IMG/VR virus record: IMGVR_UViG_3300032225_000356
Span: 1 to 36,450 of that record
Reading direction: 5' to 3' (one strand)
From: a virus
Lineage: Duplodnaviria; Caudoviricetes
Length of the DNA stretch: 36,450 nucleotides
This document shows, in pieces, positions 27,431 through 35,506 of the stretch; within the stretch, counting starts at the first letter, position 1; each line of letters begins with the position of its first letter. The notes under the pieces were generated by a model, which saw only the letters and a program-made list of their open reading frames with translations, was not told where the DNA came from and did not search any database. The position numbers and the translations under genes were made by a program.

Positions 27431-27772
27431 TTATTTCCTTCTTGTTAGATTTCTTGCGCGCTTCTTGCGCGCTGCTTTTGCTTCAGGAGTATCGGACATA
27501 AAGTATTCGCGTTCGTATTCCTGTGTGATACTCATGGCAGTTATGCCACGGGCTTTTCGTATTGCCTTGCGTTCATCTTCGTCTGTGCCAGCCCAGATAC
27601 CAAGTACTTTGACTCCAAGTGCATACTCTAAGCATTTGTTTGATACAGAACACGGTTCACAAATTTGTTGTGCCATTGGTTTAAAGAACGCTACATCTTC
27701 AAGACTGTTTGGGAAAAAAACATCTAGTCCTACACCAACACAGTTGCCATCAGATAAATCAGGTACGCTCAT
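27431..27772 (-). CDS. whiB: WhiB-family transcription factor
   Basis: C...FFP...CxxC...C, GIWAG and ERKAIR motifs; basic tail. Confidence 0.92.
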   Translation of the reverse strand: MSVPDLSDGNCVGVGLDVFFPNSLEDVAFFKPMAQQICEPCSVSNKCLEYALGVKVLGIWAGTDEDERKAIRKARGITAMSITQEYEREYFMSDTPEAKAARKKRARNLTRRK

Positions 27773-27998
27773 TGCTGTCTTCGCGTCCTTCTAAATAGCC
27801 GCGCTCGTATGCTGACATTTCTTTATGATCTGTAATTGCATCTAGTCCTGCTAAGTAACCTTCAATCTTTGAATCCACCAGCGCGTTTGCAAGTAGTTGC
27901 CAGATTGGGTCGCCCAAGGGATACAACTCCATGTGAATTACAAGAGCATTGCGAGATTCTTTTGCTTGTTTAATTGCGTTGGCTTGTATGTCTATCAT
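27759..27998 (-). CDS. Hypothetical protein
   Basis: Part of the contiguous leftward operon; AYERGYLEG motif. Confidence 0.7.
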   Translation of the reverse strand: MIDIQANAIKQAKESRNALVIHMELYPLGDPIWQLLANALVDSKIEGYLAGLDAITDHKEMSAYERGYLEGREDSNERT

Positions 27999-28244
27999 TT
28001 ATGCACCAACCAACAAGTGACTATCGCAAACTGGAATTGTTAGCACCGAAACAAACTCCTCTTGCAGTTTTGACGGCTCATGCAAAGCAACAATTTTTAC
28101 TGCTGCTTCTTCTGTGCAACCTGCTACGGCTGCACATTTAATTCCTTTATCTATGTCTACCTTGATTTGCATTACTGCTCCTTCTGGTTTTATGGCTCTC
28201 TGCCTACGGACAGCATACATACATTTAATGTCTATGTGCGACAT
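27999..28244 (-). CDS. Hypothetical protein (start uncertain)
   Basis: First gene of the leftward operon; C...C...CxxH pattern. Confidence 0.6.
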   Translation of the reverse strand: MSHIDIKCMYAVRRQRAIKPEGAVMQIKVDIDKGIKCAAVAGCTEEAAVKIVALHEPSKLQEEFVSVLTIPVCDSHLLVGA

Positions 28245-28384
28245 TTAAGAAAAAACTTTTTAAGCCTACGGTTAAAGGCTTTTTGGGCGACACGACACCA
28301 ATTTATTTAAATGAGTTGCATCTGATTTAAATATGTGTATTGTGGTTCTTGTGAGTCAGAGTGGCTCGGAAAGCAAGGTTTAAA
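28245..28384. promoter_or_regulatory. Divergent promoter region; rightward TTGCAT-N16-TATTGT with leader hairpin GAGTC-AGAGT-GGCTC
   Basis: Strand switch; -35 at 28316, -10 at 28338; tandem GACAC at 28289-28298. Confidence 0.7.
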
Positions 28385-28594
28385 ATGACTAAAGTAATCG
28401 AACTACTAGAACTTGAAGTTTTAGCAGCATCAAAAGGTCTAACTGTTGAAATAACAAAACAAGCAAATCATTTGTTTCAATTACAAGTTTGGGAAAACCA
28501 ATCTCTAATTTGGGATAGCCGTTACACCAGCATTAAGCGCGCTTGCAAAGACATCACAACTGAAATAAATAATAATTTTGTTGCGTGGAAATAA
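28385..28594 (+). CDS. Hypothetical small protein
   Basis: SD AAGG; follows the header hairpin. Confidence 0.7.
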   Translation: MTKVIELLELEVLAASKGLTVEITKQANHLFQLQVWENQSLIWDSRYTSIKRACKDITTEINNNFVAWK

Positions 28595-28625
28595 ATTGTC
28601 AGACCCCAACGCAATAATAAAAGAC

Positions 28626-28663
28626 GGGGAGCAACCCTAACAGCATGAAAAAGGTTGCTCCCC
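28626..28663 (+). other. 11-bp inverted repeat in the sak leader
   Basis: GGGGAGCAACC / GGTTGCTCCCC. Confidence 0.75.
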
Positions 28664-28709
28664 ACAGATACCGCAACAATGCAGTAGCAAAAGAATACAG
28701 GAGAAAACA

Positions 28710-29333
28710 ATGGAACAGCAACAACAAGATGCACTACGCAAGCCATTTCCAAAAGAGCGAATTCAAAAATTACCTACGGGCGGCATTCAACTTGATTACG
28801 TCAGCCACGCATGGGTGACGGATCGGTTACTGGAAGTTGACCCAACTTGGACTTGGGAACCAGTAGCGTTTGACGAAGATGGTTTACCAAAGTTTGACGA
28901 AAATGGTGGGCTATGGATTCGTTTAACCGTTTGTGGAGTTACACGACTTGGTTACGGTGAACCACAAGGACGCGACAAGTACGATTCGGTGAAGGGCAGT
29001 ATTTCAAATTCTCTTCGCAATGCAAGTATGAGATTCGGCGTAGCACTTGATCTATGGGCGCACGAAGTTCAAGGCTCATTACCAGCAAAGGTCAAGCCTT
29101 CATCTGCAACGGACATATTAAAACAACCGTTGCCAAAGAGCGCACCAAAAGAAAAGCCAATGCCAGTTTTAGATCAGAGCGATCAAATTGCTGAAGCCTA
29201 CGTCAAGATTGGTTTAGCCGATAACGCTGACACTTTAAAACAAATCTGGAAAGACTGCACAAACTTTTTAGATGTTGAATACAACGGAACTACCGTTCGC
29301 GCTTACATTATGCAACGCAAGGAAGAAGTTTAA
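28710..29333 (+). CDS. Rad52/Sak-like single-strand annealing protein
   Basis: LRKPFP, LDYVSHAWVTDRL and ASMRFGVALDLW motifs. Confidence 0.85.
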   Translation: MEQQQQDALRKPFPKERIQKLPTGGIQLDYVSHAWVTDRLLEVDPTWTWEPVAFDEDGLPKFDENGGLWIRLTVCGVTRLGYGEPQGRDKYDSVKGSISNSLRNASMRFGVALDLWAHEVQGSLPAKVKPSSATDILKQPLPKSAPKEKPMPVLDQSDQIAEAYVKIGLADNADTLKQIWKDCTNFLDVEYNGTTVRAYIMQRKEEV

Positions 29334-29716
29334 TGAACGCGACACTTCCTTATGCAGGGACTTCAGGATGGTCAGGCTCGGACACAAGTTACGAACGAGC
29401 AATTAACAACGACAAGTCAGGCGTGACCAGTAAGAACCAAACACTATTTATAACTGATCTTTCTTATGCTGGCGAGATGGGTTTGACTGCTAGGGAGTGG
29501 GGTTTAATGCACAGCCTTGAACACCAGACTTATTCGTCAGTTCCATCTGTGCTTCATCTAGACGGCGCAATTGTAAGGCTGACCCAACGGCGCGGAAGGC
29601 ATCAAATTTATGTGCTTCCAAATTTTGTTAATGGTCGGGAAACTGCGCCGCATAAAAGCAATAAAAACAAATCATTTACTTGCGACAATTGTGGACATGA
29701 GCAGGTAACACAATGA
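29333..29716 (+). CDS. Hypothetical protein (possible winged-helix)
   Basis: LPYAGTSGWSGSDTS and GLTARE motifs; C-terminal CxxC. Confidence 0.7.
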   Translation: MNATLPYAGTSGWSGSDTSYERAINNDKSGVTSKNQTLFITDLSYAGEMGLTAREWGLMHSLEHQTYSSVPSVLHLDGAIVRLTQRRGRHQIYVLPNFVNGRETAPHKSNKNKSFTCDNCGHEQVTQ

Positions 29717-29814
29717 CCGTTTTAGATGTAGTTGTTTGCGGGGTTTGTGGACACCAAAAATACATAAATAAAAAATGTTCTATTTGCAAACTTTTAGAAA
29801 AGGTTAAAAAGTGA
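29713..29814 (+). CDS. 33-aa Zn-finger microprotein (MTVLDVVVCGVCGHQKYINKKCSICK...)
   Basis: ATGA/GTGA overlaps with neighbours; two CxxC. Confidence 0.65.
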   Translation: MTVLDVVVCGVCGHQKYINKKCSICKLLEKVKK

Positions 29815-30158
29815 TTGTTACACCAGCGAGCGTTGAAAAACGACTACTAGAACTATCAAAAGAAATTGACGATGTGCAAAAGTTTCTTGACGAATCTGAA
29901 CAGGAATACTTTGTGGCTAAGTCAAAGTGTGAGATTGGATTGGCTAAATCACGGTTGTCTATGCGCCAAGATGGGCAAAAATTTACAGTTCAAGAAAAAG
30001 AAGATTTAGCCACGGTTGAATGCCAAGAACTTTTGCGCGCAGTCGCCACGGCTGAAGCCAAAGTAAGAGCCGCTAGGGGCAATTCACAAAGAGTTCGCAC
30101 ACAAATAGACATAGCCCGATCTATTGGCACTTCTGTCAGAGCATCATTGGATAATTGA
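29811..30158 (+). CDS. Helical protein, possibly UvsY-like recombination mediator
   Basis: Coiled-coil pattern and location between sak and the exonuclease; function is a guess. Confidence 0.55.
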   Translation: MIVTPASVEKRLLELSKEIDDVQKFLDESEQEYFVAKSKCEIGLAKSRLSMRQDGQKFTVQEKEDLATVECQELLRAVATAEAKVRAARGNSQRVRTQIDIARSIGTSVRASLDN

Positions 30159-30161
30159 GAA

Positions 30162-31073
30162 ATGGAAAACAGCATGAACATGAAAGAAACATTAGTAGAA
30201 AAGTTAACTGCATCAGATAAAGAGCGTCCACGTTCTTTACAGACGCTCGTAGGACCATCCGAGATTGGTGGATGCGCTCGCCGCGTATGGCACAGAGTCA
30301 ACGGCACAGAGGTTACTAACCCTGACACGTTGCGACTAGCAGCCATTATGGGTACAGCAATTCACAGCCTTATCGAATCTGTGTTTGCTGGCGATGATCG
30401 CTATCGAATTGAAACCGAAGTATTGGTTGACGATGTGACTGGTCACATTGATTTAATTGATACCAAAACAAATACAGTTTGGGATTGGAAAACTACAACT
30501 AAGAAATCTTTGGCCTATTTCCCAAGCGAGCAACAACGCGATCAGGTTCATTTGTACGGCTATCTAGCAAACGCTAACGGCATTCAAGTAGATACCGTTG
30601 GTCTAGTGGCTATTGCTAGAGATGGTAATGAGAATGACATTGTTGAACATTCAGAACCTTATAACGAAGCCATAGCCCTTAATGCTCTTGCGCATTATCA
30701 TTCAATCCGCGAACAGTTTGAGCCACCTGCACCTGAAAAAGATGCTGACTTTTGCGCAAACTATTGCCCATTTTTTGGAGCCTGTACTGGCATAGTTAAC
30801 GGCAAGTCTGGAGAACCAATTGAGAATCCAGAGATTGCGTCATTGGCAAAAGAATACAAAGAGTTGCAAGGTCAGGTTAAGCAGATTGACTCACAACTGG
30901 ACTTCATTAAGGAGCAGTTGGAAGGCACTCAAGGGATTACCAGCAATGGCATCACAATCAAATGGTCGCAAGTTGCTGGTCGTCAAAGCACCGATGAAGC
31001 CGAAGTTGAAAAGTTACTAGGCTTCGTACCAAAGAAACAAGGCAACGGATACTTAAGATTGACGGTGAAATAA
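30162..31073 (+). CDS. Cas4-like PD-(D/E)XK exonuclease
   Basis: GPSEIGGC, GTAIH, GHID, DWKT, QVHLY motifs and CxxxCPF...C. Confidence 0.88.
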   Translation: MENSMNMKETLVEKLTASDKERPRSLQTLVGPSEIGGCARRVWHRVNGTEVTNPDTLRLAAIMGTAIHSLIESVFAGDDRYRIETEVLVDDVTGHIDLIDTKTNTVWDWKTTTKKSLAYFPSEQQRDQVHLYGYLANANGIQVDTVGLVAIARDGNENDIVEHSEPYNEAIALNALAHYHSIREQFEPPAPEKDADFCANYCPFFGACTGIVNGKSGEPIENPEIASLAKEYKELQGQVKQIDSQLDFIKEQLEGTQGITSNGITIKWSQVAGRQSTDEAEVEKLLGFVPKKQGNGYLRLTVK

Positions 31074-31234
31074 TGATTGCATACCTAAAACTTATTGAAC
31101 GTGAAGCAGAGTTGTTTGAGATCATAAAACGAATACGCAATTTGCATAGCCCATCTAAAGATTTTAGTTACTGCCAAGGATGCAAATACAACTATCCTTG
31201 CGATACTATTCTTGAAATTGACGGTGAAAAATAA
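31073..31234 (+). CDS. 53-aa hypothetical protein (LH...CQGC...YPCDT)
   Basis: TAATG-coupled at both ends; not in the ORF track. Confidence 0.7.
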   Translation: MIAYLKLIEREAELFEIIKRIRNLHSPSKDFSYCQGCKYNYPCDTILEIDGEK

Positions 31235-31380
31235 TGCAGCACACAGAAAAGTACCTAATAGAACTAATTGAAAAGTACGCTCTTTCGTTCCAGCGAGTAA
31301 GTGAAATTATTGCAGCAATGAAAAGCAACGTGGGAAGCCATGCGCAATGGATTGCAGAACTGGAAGAAGCAATTAAATAG
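31234..31380 (+). CDS. 48-aa hypothetical protein
   Basis: GGTG SD plus TAATG; MQHTEKYLIELIEK... Confidence 0.6.
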   Translation: MQHTEKYLIELIEKYALSFQRVSEIIAAMKSNVGSHAQWIAELEEAIK

Positions 31381-31408
31381 CGTCACTTTGTCGTGCAACA
31401 ATTAAGAC

Positions 31409-31699
31409 ATGACGGGACACTTATCGAAGTTATCTTCGCCCAATCTTCCCCTAGCGGCTTGCATTGGAATTGACCCCGAATTATTTTATGCCGAAGATTG
31501 CATAAACCCCGATCAAGAAAAGATAGATGAAGCGCGTCAAATTTGTTTAGGATGCGTTGAACGTATTGTTTGCTTATCTTGGGGAATGTATAACGAAACT
31601 TTTGGTATGTGGGGAGCAATGACCAGCAACGAACGGCGCGATTACAAACAAAGAAAAATGCACAAATTAAAACACTTGAGAGAACTAGGAATTATTTAA
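31409..31699 (+). CDS. whiB: WhiB-family transcription factor (second copy)
   Basis: AAC.G.DPELFY, CxxC...C and GMWGAMTSNER motifs. Confidence 0.92.
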   Translation: MTGHLSKLSSPNLPLAACIGIDPELFYAEDCINPDQEKIDEARQICLGCVERIVCLSWGMYNETFGMWGAMTSNERRDYKQRKMHKLKHLRELGII

Positions 31700-32158
31700 A
31701 TGGAAAATCAACAGCATGATTACATAAATACTTACCTTGAAAACTTGCCGCTAGAACTACGGCCTGATGTTAACGAGCGATTAAAAAATGCGCTTCGTGA
31801 TGCTTGGCGCAATGAATGGGACCCTAAGACGCTTGCCCAGACTGTTGCCAAGTCCAACTACTCAACTGCTCACAGTCCTGCTGGTGTTGCTCTGACGCGC
31901 TTAGAACGGTACTCCAAAGAAAAGTTTAAGATGGCTCCTAATTTAATTTCTGGTTACGGTACTTTTAAAGATGCTCATTGCACCAGAAAAGGTTGCCCAT
32001 GTACTCACAAAGATTGTTACCGTGGCTGGTTCGATGGAGATACAAAACTTGTAGGCATTGGTAAAATTGTAATGGAGTATGAAGTCACTAAGCCTTGTCA
32101 GATTTGTCGCCCACAAACTTTTGAGAATTTAAATTCCTTACTTACTAACTCCTTTTAA
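31700..32158 (+). CDS. Hypothetical protein with C-terminal Cys-rich Zn domain
   Basis: C...CPCTH.DCYRGW...PCQICRP. Confidence 0.75.
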   Translation: MENQQHDYINTYLENLPLELRPDVNERLKNALRDAWRNEWDPKTLAQTVAKSNYSTAHSPAGVALTRLERYSKEKFKMAPNLISGYGTFKDAHCTRKGCPCTHKDCYRGWFDGDTKLVGIGKIVMEYEVTKPCQICRPQTFENLNSLLTNSF

Positions 32159-32168
32159 CGGCAACGAT

Positions 32169-32199
32169 TTGACACGATTACCAAGCCCGTGATTATAAT
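32169..32199 (+). promoter_or_regulatory. TTGACA-N19-TATAAT promoter-like element
   Basis: Both consensus hexamers present, with a long spacer. Confidence 0.55.
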
Positions 32200-32297
32200 A
32201 CGAGCGCAGCGAGTTAGTAAGTTTGTTTTAGAAAAAAGAAGAACAAAAACCGTAACGAAAAGAACCATGAGCGCAAGGTTCCGTACCATAAATCCAT

Positions 32298-32408
32298 AAA
32301 ACCCTTTATTTGCAAGGAAAAATAATTTCCTAAAATGGCATTTTGCAGTATTTAAATGTGATACATTTGTTTCATGAGTCAAGGGGACTCGAAAAGGAAG
32401 TGGTTAAA
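32298..32408 (+). promoter_or_regulatory. Cassette header B: CCTT-N7-AAGG, AAATGGC, TGnTACATT, leader hairpin GAGTC-AAGGG-GACTC, SD AAGGA
   Basis: Aligns with 463-568. Confidence 0.7.
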
Positions 32409-32612
32409 ATGAATACAACAACAAAAGTTACATACGATCTAGTACGCGATAGCAACAACAACATTGTTCGTTATATAGCAATTAGCAAAGGTCATGTTTT
32501 TGGTCAGATCGACAAAGTGGATGCAATTGGCTTAGGCGTAGTTTTTACTTTTAATAGTTTTGTTTTTGACACACTAAAGTCAGCAAAACAATTTGCACAG
32601 AAAGTTGCATAA
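32409..32612 (+). CDS. Hypothetical small protein
   Basis: First ATG after the header; FDTLKSAKQFA motif. Confidence 0.75.
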   Translation: MNTTTKVTYDLVRDSNNNIVRYIAISKGHVFGQIDKVDAIGLGVVFTFNSFVFDTLKSAKQFAQKVA

Positions 32613-32614
32613 CC

Positions 32615-32797
32615 ATGAGCGCACATAAAGTAATTTTTAATCACGCACCACTTCGCGCTGAATCAGTTGGCGCAAATTGCAAGTGTGGTTGGAGTGGATT
32701 TTTAAATACTCGTTCACAAGGCGGAATTACAAAAACAAAGAAATCTTTGTACGGTATGCACAAATGGTCAGTAATCAAAACAAAAGCAGGTGCGTAA
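32615..32797 (+). CDS. Hypothetical protein with CxCGW...H motif
   Basis: ANCKCGW; resembles 778-1071. Confidence 0.72.
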   Translation: MSAHKVIFNHAPLRAESVGANCKCGWSGFLNTRSQGGITKTKKSLYGMHKWSVIKTKAGA

Positions 32798-32976
32798 TGT
32801 ACGCAACTGTTACTTGTGGCAACTGTGGAAGAAATAGCAGTAATGCACCATCAAAGATTAAATGCCCATCAATTAAAATGGTTTTGGAACATTTGCAAAA
32901 ATGTGACCCTGAAGGTAATTGGGATTTTGTTTACAACTCAAAAGGTCAATGGCAAATTGGAAGGGCTGGTGCGTAA
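32797..32976 (+). CDS. 59-aa hypothetical protein (MYATVTCGNCG...)
   Basis: TAATG-coupled start inside the listed 32677 ORF. Confidence 0.72.
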   Translation: MYATVTCGNCGRNSSNAPSKIKCPSIKMVLEHLQKCDPEGNWDFVYNSKGQWQIGRAGA

Positions 32977-33119
32977 TGGATAACTACTGGACACCAAAAT
33001 TTACTGAAGGCTGGAACTGGACGCCACGGGGTCGCAAAGTTATTAAAGTTTTAAATAACTTGGTTTTCTATACGGCTGGAATAATTGTGGTCTTGTTGGG
33101 TTGCATTAACTATGGTTAA
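32976..33119 (+). CDS. 47-aa membrane protein (WTPRGRKV plus TM helix)
   Basis: TAATG-coupled start inside the listed 32919 ORF. Confidence 0.7.
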   Translation: MDNYWTPKFTEGWNWTPRGRKVIKVLNNLVFYTAGIIVVLLGCINYG

Positions 33120-33128
33120 ACTAAACCC

Positions 33129-33368
33129 ATGCGCATCACGCCACTATCCGAACAAGTAGATCAACTTATTAAATCAAGTGGTGCAGCGCGCACAGAAACA
33201 GCCGTATGTACCACTTGGATTCTTGTTACTGAATGGGTAGACGATCACGGAGATGTTTGGCTAGAAGAAAATCGAACAACTGACTTACCTGCATGGCGCA
33301 GAAATGGAATTCTTAACTACATACTTAGCGAGTTTGAGCAACCTTGGGATGAGGAAGAAGATGAGTAG
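33129..33368 (+). CDS. Hypothetical protein, probably leaderless
   Basis: TAAACT 6 nt before the ATG; no SD. Confidence 0.75.
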   Translation: MRITPLSEQVDQLIKSSGAARTETAVCTTWILVTEWVDDHGDVWLEENRTTDLPAWRRNGILNYILSEFEQPWDEEEDE

Positions 33369-33708
33369 CCAACATCGCAAGCATCGGGGTTATGCAACAC
33401 AAAAAATAGTTGCCGATTATTTAAAGATCAATGGTTGGCCTTACGCCGAATCTACGGGTGCTGGTCGCCAAGGTTCTGACATAACTGGTACGCCAGCCAT
33501 TGATTGGGAAATTAAGGCCAGAGCAGACTTTAGCCCTTCAGCCGTAATCAAACAACTGTCAGAGCGCGCTAAAGAAAATGTGCTACCAGTTGCCGTACTT
33601 AGGTTAAACGGGCAGGGAGAAGCCAGCGTAGGGGATTTTGTAAGCATTGTGCCATTGTCCGTGATGGTAAAACTTTTAAGAGATGCTGGTTATGGCAGCG
33701 ACACCTAA
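33361..33708 (+). CDS. Holliday junction resolvase-like PD-(D/E)XK nuclease
   Basis: RKHRGY, GAGRQGSD and DWEIKAR motifs; SD GAGG before ATG 33361. Confidence 0.78.
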   Translation: MSSQHRKHRGYATQKIVADYLKINGWPYAESTGAGRQGSDITGTPAIDWEIKARADFSPSAVIKQLSERAKENVLPVAVLRLNGQGEASVGDFVSIVPLSVMVKLLRDAGYGSDT

Positions 33709-34189
33709 ACTTTTAACTTCAGAATGTGCAGCGCATTTTCCCCGACTTTGGAATTTAATCGAATCTTTGTCGCACAACAAAGACACACGGCGGTATCCGA
33801 TCATGCTCGACATGATTAACTTTTGCCAAGAATTTGAATTATGGGTTACAGTTTCAACCGATCACATGGGCATTGTTTTAAAACTTGAACCACCAGATCA
33901 CGCGGTAGAAGTTACTTATGGTGCTAACCCATTAGTTTCTTTGCGCTTAGATTATTTTTCCGACAACATTGGGGCTATGCTCCTTGCACAAGAGGACATA
34001 GCCATGCAAATGCTTTACGACTTGGGAGATTGGCATAACGCCATCTTGCAGCGCACAGCCCCACCAAACCTTCCTAAATACAACGGGCGGCGCAAGTGTC
34101 CCGAATGCGGTAAATACGCTGTACTTCAACATGAAAAAGATTTGTTTTGTGTTAATCGTGAATGCCAGCATTCTTGGTTAAATGGATAA
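33692..34189 (+). CDS. Hypothetical protein with C-terminal Zn ribbon
   Basis: CPECG...CVNREC. Confidence 0.7.
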   Translation: MAATPKLLTSECAAHFPRLWNLIESLSHNKDTRRYPIMLDMINFCQEFELWVTVSTDHMGIVLKLEPPDHAVEVTYGANPLVSLRLDYFSDNIGAMLLAQEDIAMQMLYDLGDWHNAILQRTAPPNLPKYNGRRKCPECGKYAVLQHEKDLFCVNRECQHSWLNG

Positions 34190-34508
34190 GAAACTTCGTG
34201 AACTGATTCACGAACGATCAGGCGGCTATTGCGAATTATGTTGTTATCCGCTTGCTGATTCTTGGGCAATACATCATCGAAAATTGCGATCTCAAGGTGG
34301 CAAAGATGAAGCCGTAAACCTTGTGGCCTTGCACCATTGGTGTCATAACCTTGGAACTAAGTCAGTTCATTTAAATCCAAAGACGGCAACAGAGCGCGGT
34401 TACATCGTGCCTTCGTGGGGTAATCCAGAGCAAGTTCCAATTTGCCCAGACGACCAAATTAAACTAATGTTATTTAATAATGGAACGAAACAAACAGTAG
34501 GAGAATAA
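34182..34508 (+). CDS. HNH endonuclease
   Basis: CELC, HHRKLRSQGG and NLVALHHWCH motifs. Confidence 0.88.
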   Translation: MDKKLRELIHERSGGYCELCCYPLADSWAIHHRKLRSQGGKDEAVNLVALHHWCHNLGTKSVHLNPKTATERGYIVPSWGNPEQVPICPDDQIKLMLFNNGTKQTVGE

Positions 34509-34512
34509 CAGC

Positions 34513-34869
34513 ATGGCTGGAGAACCAGTAGTTACATTTGTTGGGCGGGTAGCACTTGAACCAACAATTCATTTCACACAAACAGGTCGCGCGGTAGGTA
34601 ATTTTAAAATTGCCGTGACACCACAAACAAAAGAAAACGACACATGGATAGACAAGGAAACTTTATGGTTCGGTGTTTCGCTATGGCGTGGAGCCGAAGC
34701 AGCGATAGATAGCATCGAAAAAGGTTCACTTGTAACCGTTACAGGCAAACTAACCGAAGACAAATACACCAACAAAAATGGTGAAGAAAAAACTGCTCTT
34801 AGCGTGGATGCCGACAACATTGGGTTAATACCCGTGAAGGCCAAACAATCAGAGGAAACACCATGGTAG
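34513..34869 (+). CDS. ssb: Single-stranded DNA-binding protein
   Basis: OB-fold SSB pattern (KGSLVTVTGKL); acidic-aromatic tail EETPW. Confidence 0.92.
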   Translation: MAGEPVVTFVGRVALEPTIHFTQTGRAVGNFKIAVTPQTKENDTWIDKETLWFGVSLWRGAEAAIDSIEKGSLVTVTGKLTEDKYTNKNGEEKTALSVDADNIGLIPVKAKQSEETPW

Positions 34870-35078
34870 CAACATCTAGATTTGATTCAGTAAACAAAAT
34901 TGTAGAAAATACCTATACAGCAACTATCATTGTTAAAAGTTTGTCAGAAGCAATTGCGCAAGAGATTGAAATCTATGCAGAACTGCTTAAGCAAAATGGT
35001 GACATTTACAACCAAGGCGCAGGATTAATTAAAGCCGCGCAACTGGTACGCGAAAATTCGACAGAGAGAGAACTTTAA
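34863..35078 (+). CDS. Hypothetical protein
   Basis: SD GAGG; IAQEIE...AAQLVR motif. Confidence 0.65.
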   Translation: MVATSRFDSVNKIVENTYTATIIVKSLSEAIAQEIEIYAELLKQNGDIYNQGAGLIKAAQLVRENSTEREL

Positions 35079-35350
35079 TGTTTAACCGAAATAGCAATTC
35101 AATGTCTGAAGAAATTACAACCGAACCAATCGTAGACGGTTCATTTGTTGAAACTGCATTTGGGCGCGAAGATTTTAATCCAAGTGATGAAGAAGATCGT
35201 GCCAAGCGCAAATACAACGACACATCTAGTAGCAAAGCAAACGGATTAGACCCAAAGGCTGTACGTCAATGGGCAGAGTCACAAGGAATTGCTTTGCCTA
35301 ATCGTGGACGCTTTCCAGCAGTTGTAGTTCGGCTATATTTAAATAAATAA
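35078..35350 (+). CDS. Lsr2-like C-terminal DNA-binding domain protein
   Basis: AVRQWAESQGI.LPNRGRFP..V..Y matches the Lsr2 AT-hook domain. Confidence 0.85.
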   Translation: MFNRNSNSMSEEITTEPIVDGSFVETAFGREDFNPSDEEDRAKRKYNDTSSSKANGLDPKAVRQWAESQGIALPNRGRFPAVVVRLYLNK

Positions 35351-35352
35351 AA

Positions 35353-35486
35353 ATTGGTCGTAACAATTCAGGGCGGCGACTAATGACCTAAGTAAGTCGT
35401 TAAACTGCTTACCTACTTCTACGGCTAATATGAGGGGAAGCGTGGCAGCCGTAAAAGAAGTCCTAAGCATGACTTTAAACTGCTTG
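35353..35486 (+). ncRNA. Putative structured RNA: two tandem hairpin + H-type pseudoknot units
   Basis: CCTAAGYA...TAAACTGCTT repeated at 75-nt spacing, with different but fully pairing stem-1 sequences. Confidence 0.6.
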
Positions 35487-35506
35487 CATACAATTAGGAT
35501 TAAACT

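Noticed and set aside
30162-31073. CRISPR-Cas component
   Set aside because: Solo Cas4-like nucleases are common phage recombination genes; no other cas genes or array were seen.
32155-32382. 75-aa minus-strand ORF
   Set aside because: It overlaps promoter and header elements in a plus-strand region; its hydrophobicity reflects the A-rich tract.
35387-35486. Mini CRISPR array
   Set aside because: Only two imperfect copies, conserved in structure rather than sequence, and the intervening sequence is itself a hairpin.
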